Below, one piece after another: positions 27,554 through 32,000 of a stretch of DNA of 32,000 nt; the stretch's first letter is position 1, and each line of letters opens with the position of its first letter. Source of the stretch: Haloquadratum walsbyi C23. GTDB taxonomy: Archaea > Halobacteriota > Halobacteria > Halobacteriales > Haloferacaceae. The position numbers and the translations under genes are program-made. The stretch covers positions 2,490,001 through 2,522,000 of the forward strand of contig NC_017459.1 in NCBI RefSeq assembly GCF_000237865.1, given 5' to 3'. The notes below the pieces were generated by a model. The model was given only the letters and a program-made list of their open reading frames with translations, ran no database searches and was not told the origin of the DNA.

Positions 27554-28039
27554 ATGGCTGCTGAACCATCACCAGACGAGACTGCCCCGAGTTTTGAGGC
27601 GACTATTGCAAACGGCGATGTCGAATCGTTTGCGCTTGATGACGCACTTGGCGACGGACCAGTCGTTCTTGCGTTTTTCCCGGGTGCATTCACCCCGCCG
27701 TGCTCAAATGAAATGGTCGCTCTTGAGGAGCATCTCAGTGAATTCGAAGAAGCCGGTGCAACGGTATACGGCATTAGCGCAGATTCAGCATTCTCGCTGA
27801 ATGCATTCCGCGAAGAGCATGACCTTTCATTTGACCTCGTGAGCGATATGGGTCGAGAGGCAATCGACGCTTATGATACCGAGATTGATCTGGGTGATCT
27901 TGGACTTCTCGGTGTTTCAAATCGTGCGGTGTTTATTCTTGATGAGGATGGCACCGTTTCATACACATGGGAAGCCGACGACCCAACAACGGAACCAGAT
28001 TATGACGAACTTGTCGGGGCGGTCAAGAACGCAGCATAG
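27554..28039 (+). CDS. peroxiredoxin (Bcp/Prx5-like, AhpC/TSA family)
   Basis: VLAFFPGAFTPPCSNEM carries the peroxidatic Cys motif. The ATG at 27554 is preferred over the upstream GTG-initiated extension. Confidence 0.85.
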   Translation: MAAEPSPDETAPSFEATIANGDVESFALDDALGDGPVVLAFFPGAFTPPCSNEMVALEEHLSEFEEAGATVYGISADSAFSLNAFREEHDLSFDLVSDMGREAIDAYDTEIDLGDLGLLGVSNRAVFILDEDGTVSYTWEADDPTTEPDYDELVGAVKNAA

Positions 28040-28290
28040 ATACTCAAACCACGGCTATTTTATTCACCTGATGCATCCAAGCACTTCGAGTTAGCGTCGG
28101 AGTTTGGACGAGGATGTCAAGCATTCTGAGCCGATGAAACAGGATTAAGATTAAAATAAGCTCAAGCTCTCATCAATGGGCAATCCAGACGCCCAGTGAT
28201 ACGTTTTTTACCCTATTGTCCCCGTGAGACGACGAACACTAATATTTGTCATATATGTTGTCCTCAATCATCTCTGTTTCTGTCTCTTCT

Positions 28291-28314
28291 AACGATATAA
28301 CGATATAACGATAC
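28291..28314. repeat. 3 x 8-nt tandem repeat AACGATAT/AACGATAT/AACGATAC
   Basis: Read directly in the intergenic region downstream of ilvD. Confidence 0.85.
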
Positions 28315-28436
28315 TTATGTCAATCAATTATAATTACAGCGAAGCAAGGCAAAAGCCCATAGCTTCAGCCGTGAGAAGAGGTCATTATATGAACAAGAGA
28401 AGAACACAAGTCGTGAAGCGTAGCGTCGAGTATCGA

Positions 28437-30227
28437 CTATTCCAGTGACTGCGTGTCAGTTTTTGCTCCAGGGTTCGTCACCGCGCCATTTGCTGCCGAT
28501 CCGAATTCACTGCCGTATTTTGCAAGCACACCCGTATCATATCGACGGTCAGCGCCATCCCACGCCTCACGACGCTCAGCAAGCTCTGCATCTGAAAGTG
28601 CAACACTTAGTTCTCGTTCTGGAATATCAACTGTAATCTCATCGCCATCCTCAAGCAGCGCAATTGGACCACCAACAACTGCTTCAGGTGCAACGTGACC
28701 AACCATCGGACCACGAGTCGCACCGGAGAATCGACCGTCAGTCAAAAGTGCAACATCATCTTCATGTCCCTGCCCGACAACAGCAGCCGTTACACCGAGC
28801 ATCTCACGCATTCCCGGACCTCCCTGTGGTCCTTCATTACGAATAACAATGACGTCTCCAGATTCAATATGTCCGGTTTGGACATACTGCATTGCGTCCT
28901 CTTCAGTTTCAAAGATGCGTGCGGGTCCACTATGATGGAATGCATCATCACCGGTGACTTTCAGCACACCACCCTCTGGGGCAAGATTCCCGGTGAGAAT
29001 CTTAATTGCACCCTCTGTCTGATATGGATCATCAACAGAATAAAGAAAGTCATAGTCATTGTTATTTTCATTCTCAATTTCACTATCGGCTGGTAGATCA
29101 AGTTCCGCAAGTTCCTCAGCGATTGTCCGCCCGGTAACAGTCAGTGCATCACCGTGGAAGAGACCAGCATCAAGAAGTCGTCGAATGACAATTGGAACCC
29201 CACCAATCTCATGCAGATCGTTCATTGTTTTTGTTCCGCCGGGTTGGAGATCAGCGATCTTTGGAGTACGACGTGAGATTGCATCGAATTCCGCAATCGT
29301 GAGATCAACGCCTGCTTCGGCCGCAAGTGCAAGCAGATGAAGAACAGCATTCGTTGATCCGCCAATTGCGACCTGCAGTGCAATTGCATTCTCAAAGGAC
29401 TTTTTCGATAGAATGTCCGATGGACGACGGTCATTTGCCACAGCATCAAGAACGGCTTCACCAGCACGGCGAGCAATATCATATCGTTCTGTTGATTCCG
29501 CTGGTGCACCAGCAGAGCCAAGCGGTGCCATCCCAAGCGCCTCTGAAATTGATGCCATTGTGTTTGCGGTAAACATGCCGCCACATGACCCAGCACCAGG
29601 GCATGCATGCCGCTCAAGTTCATCAAGTTCGTCTGCGCTCATATCACCCTCAGCGTATGTTCCAACGCCTTCAAACACATTTTGAATGGTCACATCACGA
29701 CCATCGTGCTCACCAGGCATGATTGAGCCACCATACAGGAATACCGACGGAAGGTCAGTTCGAATTGAAGCAATCATCATCCCTGGGAGATTTTTATCAC
29801 AACCGGCGACTGTCACGAGGGCATCCATTCGTTCACCAAAGGCAACAAGCTCAACAGAATCAGCAATTACCTCACGCGAGATGAGGGACGCTTTCATTCC
29901 CTCAGTTCCCATTGAAATGGCATCAGAAATCGTGATTGTCCCAAATTCAATTGGCATACCACCAGCATCTTCAACACCCTCAATCGCTGCATCAGCAACA
30001 TCATCAAGATGGACATTACAGGGAGTGATATCAGCCGCTGGATTGGCAATGCCAACCATCGGCGAGGATAAATCTGTATCATCAAAGCCCATCGCACGAA
30101 ACATTGCTCGGTGCGGGGCTCGATCTGCACCTTCTGTCACATCCGTACTTGGAAGGTCCGGGTCCTTCTCCGTTGAGAACGGAGAATCGGTGTCTGCCCC
30201 GTCCTCACGGTGTGTCTGCTTGCTCAT
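28437..30227 (-). CDS. ilvD: dihydroxy-acid dehydratase
   Basis: [19 protein letters not shown] and [11 protein letters not shown] are IlvD/Edd family signatures. 596 aa. Confidence 0.95.
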   Translation of the reverse strand: MSKQTHREDGADTDSPFSTEKDPDLPSTDVTEGADRAPHRAMFRAMGFDDTDLSSPMVGIANPAADITPCNVHLDDVADAAIEGVEDAGGMPIEFGTITISDAISMGTEGMKASLISREVIADSVELVAFGERMDALVTVAGCDKNLPGMMIASIRTDLPSVFLYGGSIMPGEHDGRDVTIQNVFEGVGTYAEGDMSADELDELERHACPGAGSCGGMFTANTMASISEALGMAPLGSAGAPAESTERYDIARRAGEAVLDAVANDRRPSDILSKKSFENAIALQVAIGGSTNAVLHLLALAAEAGVDLTIAEFDAISRRTPKIADLQPGGTKTMNDLHEIGGVPIVIRRLLDAGLFHGDALTVTGRTIAEELAELDLPADSEIENENNNDYDFLYSVDDPYQTEGAIKILTGNLAPEGGVLKVTGDDAFHHSGPARIFETEEDAMQYVQTGHIESGDVIVIRNEGPQGGPGMREMLGVTAAVVGQGHEDDVALLTDGRFSGATRGPMVGHVAPEAVVGGPIALLEDGDEITVDIPERELSVALSDAELAERREAWDGADRRYDTGVLAKYGSEFGSAANGAVTNPGAKTDTQSLE

Positions 30228-30301
30228 GATACAAGCTACTCTGTAAACGCATTAAAAGCACACGCATGATACGGCGGGATAATTAATACACTAGCTGAGA
30301 C

Positions 30302-30976
30302 TCACGTCTCATCGCGCGTTGCAAGCCCTGCGAGATGTGGTGCCTCAGGCACGATGAGTTCGGTACTGCCCAATGTTGCGGCATTTTCACTTCCAGGGAG
30401 ACAAAAAACCGGAACAGTATCGATGATTCCTGCTGTTGCCCGTGTCCCAAGAACACGAGTCCCAATTTCAGCTTCAGATCTGCGACGGAATAATTCGCCA
30501 AACCCAGGAAGTGATTTATCATATTGATCGCTAACAGCCTCAATTGTAACATCATCTGGGGTAATTCCAGTTCCGCCTGTCGTCACGACGATATCAGTGT
30601 CTGCGTCCGAAACGGCTGTCTCAACGACTGATTGAATCCGGTGAACATCATCATCGACAATTTCACGAGTGATGATTGTGTGACCTGCAGACTCAAATGC
30701 TGCTACAATAGCATCACCCGCGGCATCATCGGTGAGGGAACGAGATGATGAGACGGTGAAGATTGCAACACCAAGTGTTCCAACATCGTGTGCATGGTGG
30801 GTGTGATTGTGGTCATGATCATCATCCCCATCGGCACCGTGATGATGACCATGATTCGTGTTTTCTGTGTGTCCTTCGGTGTGAGTATGATCCGTATCAG
30901 AATTCGCATCCATTCCGGAACCGTCTGTGCGTATGTGTGACTGGAAAGTGGCTCTTGGTATGGTATCTCGATACAT
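30302..30976 (-). CDS. moaB: molybdenum cofactor biosynthesis protein B (MoaB/MogA-type) with a His-rich N-terminal extension
   Basis: The C-terminal 160 aa carry MoCF-biosynthesis blocks (TTGGTGITPDDVT, PGSENAA). The N-terminus has 13 His in 34 residues. The start could be 30976 or the Met at 30913. Confidence 0.85.
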   Translation of the reverse strand: MYRDTIPRATFQSHIRTDGSGMDANSDTDHTHTEGHTENTNHGHHHGADGDDDHDHNHTHHAHDVGTLGVAIFTVSSSRSLTDDAAGDAIVAAFESAGHTIITREIVDDDVHRIQSVVETAVSDADTDIVVTTGGTGITPDDVTIEAVSDQYDKSLPGFGELFRRRSEAEIGTRVLGTRATAGIIDTVPVFCLPGSENAATLGSTELIVPEAPHLAGLATRDET

Positions 30977-31060
30977 AACTGCTCATTTATTTCTGCGAAT
31001 AAACACTTCACGAATACGCAATGGTGTGAGCGGATTGAATGTGCAGTTCATAAACAGCAC

Positions 31061-32000
31061 TTACGATCCTGAGTTATCTTGAAACTCCGATGTCTCCGTA
31101 TCGGCTTGTGTAGTTTGATCTTCATGTGGAGATGCGGAATCAGATTCAGCAGTCTGTTCTGTCTGTGCACCGATTTCATCAGTGGTTTCGGTGTTGCTGT
31201 TGGTCTCAAGATTCGAGTCAACATCGATATCCTCGGTTGAACTAACAGTATTCTCCATTCGAGAGTCGCCACTGATCTCTGAGTTAGCCACCTGAGGGGT
31301 GGATTGGTGAATTGACGTTGCATCAGCCATTACCGATTCCCACTGGTTGTGTGCCCACTGTATTGCAGCATCGCTATCATTGATAATAATGCCACGAACA
31401 CCGGTGTCGGTATAGAACACAATTCCCGCCTCAATATCATCAACAATCCAGAGCCCATAATTAAATGAAATATCTCCGCTCAGCAGGCTTACATGGTCAT
31501 GTTGTGCCTGTTTAATAAATCCTGAGCGGAGTTCAGGCGCTGCGAGTAGTGTCTCAACAACATCTTCATCGACAACATGCTTCACGATTGTTCCATTCGC
31601 GGTTGTCACAGCGTAAAATTCATCTAGATATCCTGCAAGCGCAACAGGTGAAACGCCTCGAAACACATCTGCGGATTCGATACTGTCAAAAAGATATCTG
31701 ATTATCCGATCTGGAATCTCAGGGGATGCTTGGGCATACGAAGCGCCATCGAGAAAAACATCAGCAATGTCGATACCACTTGGAAGCGTTGAAAGGAGGT
31801 CACGGCCAGAATCAATCTCTTGCAACCGTCTGTGGTACTGTTGTGCTGCTGTGAGCGCCGTCCGACCAGCAAGCGTCAATTGATAGTCACTATTTGTCGA
31901 AGTAACGAGTCCAGCGTTCGAAAGTTCACGAATCCCACGATCGACAGTCGATCGAGATATATCAAGATCCGTCTCAAGTTCACACTTGTCTTTTGAATTT
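31061..32000 (-). CDS. winged-HTH transcriptional regulator with an acidic low-complexity C-terminal tail; N-terminus beyond the right window edge
   Basis: The track ORF starts at a TTG, but the frame stays open to the window edge. My translation there reads ...KDKCELETDLDISRSTVDRGIRELSNAGLVTSTNSDYQLTLAGRTAL, a typical wHTH recognition helix plus wing. Confidence 0.7.
   Translation of the reverse strand, partial: NSKDKCELETDLDISRSTVDRGIRELSNAGLVTSTNSDYQLTLAGRTALTAAQQYHRRLQEIDSGRDLLSTLPSGIDIADVFLDGASYAQASPEIPDRIIRYLFDSIESADVFRGVSPVALAGYLDEFYAVTTANGTIVKHVVDEDVVETLLAAPELRSGFIKQAQHDHVSLLSGDISFNYGLWIVDDIEAGIVFYTDTGVRGIIINDSDAAIQWAHNQWESVMADATSIHQSTPQVANSEISGDSRMENTVSSTEDIDVDSNLETNSNTETTDEIGAQTEQTAESDSASPHEDQTTQADTETSEFQDNSGS

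Noticed and set aside
544-28314. Short tandem repeats (544-582, 6582-6599, 6673-6690, 16466-16495, 24773-24802, 28291-28314) as CRISPR arrays or minisatellite mobile elements.
   Set aside because: The units are only 6-8 nt, directly abutting with no spacers, at 3-6 copies. No cas genes are present. These are microsatellite-like slippage repeats.
1-32000. Mobile genetic elements, prophage, integrative islands or toxin-antitoxin pairs.
   Set aside because: No transposase, integrase, recombinase, capsid or terminase-like ORF was seen. I noticed no long terminal inverted repeats and no tRNA-adjacent direct repeats. Both tRNA genes are flanked by ordinary chromosomal genes.

Overview
The window looks like chromosomal DNA from a haloarchaeon. 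The predicted proteins are strongly acidic, several starts look leaderless behind TATA-like boxes, and there is a Tat-lipoprotein signal. Moderate GC by eye, long intergenic gaps and many low-complexity acidic inserts suggest a Haloquadratum-like genome, but that is inference only.

Gene content is mostly housekeeping:
- sdhC-sdhD-sdhB (minus strand, left edge).
- A small membrane-protein pair, one member frameshifted.
- tRNA-Glu(UUC) and tRNA-Leu(CAA).
- A four-gene PrkA-PrkA-YeaH(vWA)-SpoVR module (4539-12793, minus strand).
- UPF0179, an AstE/AspA-type deacylase and a DUF309 protein.
- An RPE65-type carotenoid oxygenase, a Tat lipoprotein, an amidohydrolase and an HD phosphohydrolase.
- A cofD / Dus-like TIM-barrel / CitG-like / DUF447 cassette.
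- rps17e, pccB plus a small partner, a peroxiredoxin and ilvD.
- A MoaB with a His-rich N-terminus, and a partial wHTH regulator.

I found no CRISPR array, transposase, integrase, phage genes or recognisable defence system.

The features most worth a second look are:
1. A GC-rich, hairpin-dense non-coding block of about 390 nt (3806-4197). It lacks the motifs I checked for RNase P RNA or SRP RNA.
2. Three long A/C-rich (sense strand) spacers with hexamer repeats that interrupt otherwise tight operons. Each is fully open on the operon strand. One is in frame with the prkA1 stop codon and carries two mutually exclusive hairpins.
3. The poorly understood PrkA/YeaH/SpoVR module itself.
4. The translationally coupled cofD cassette of largely uncharacterised cofactor-type enzymes.

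All functional calls come from motif recognition by eye. No database search was run.
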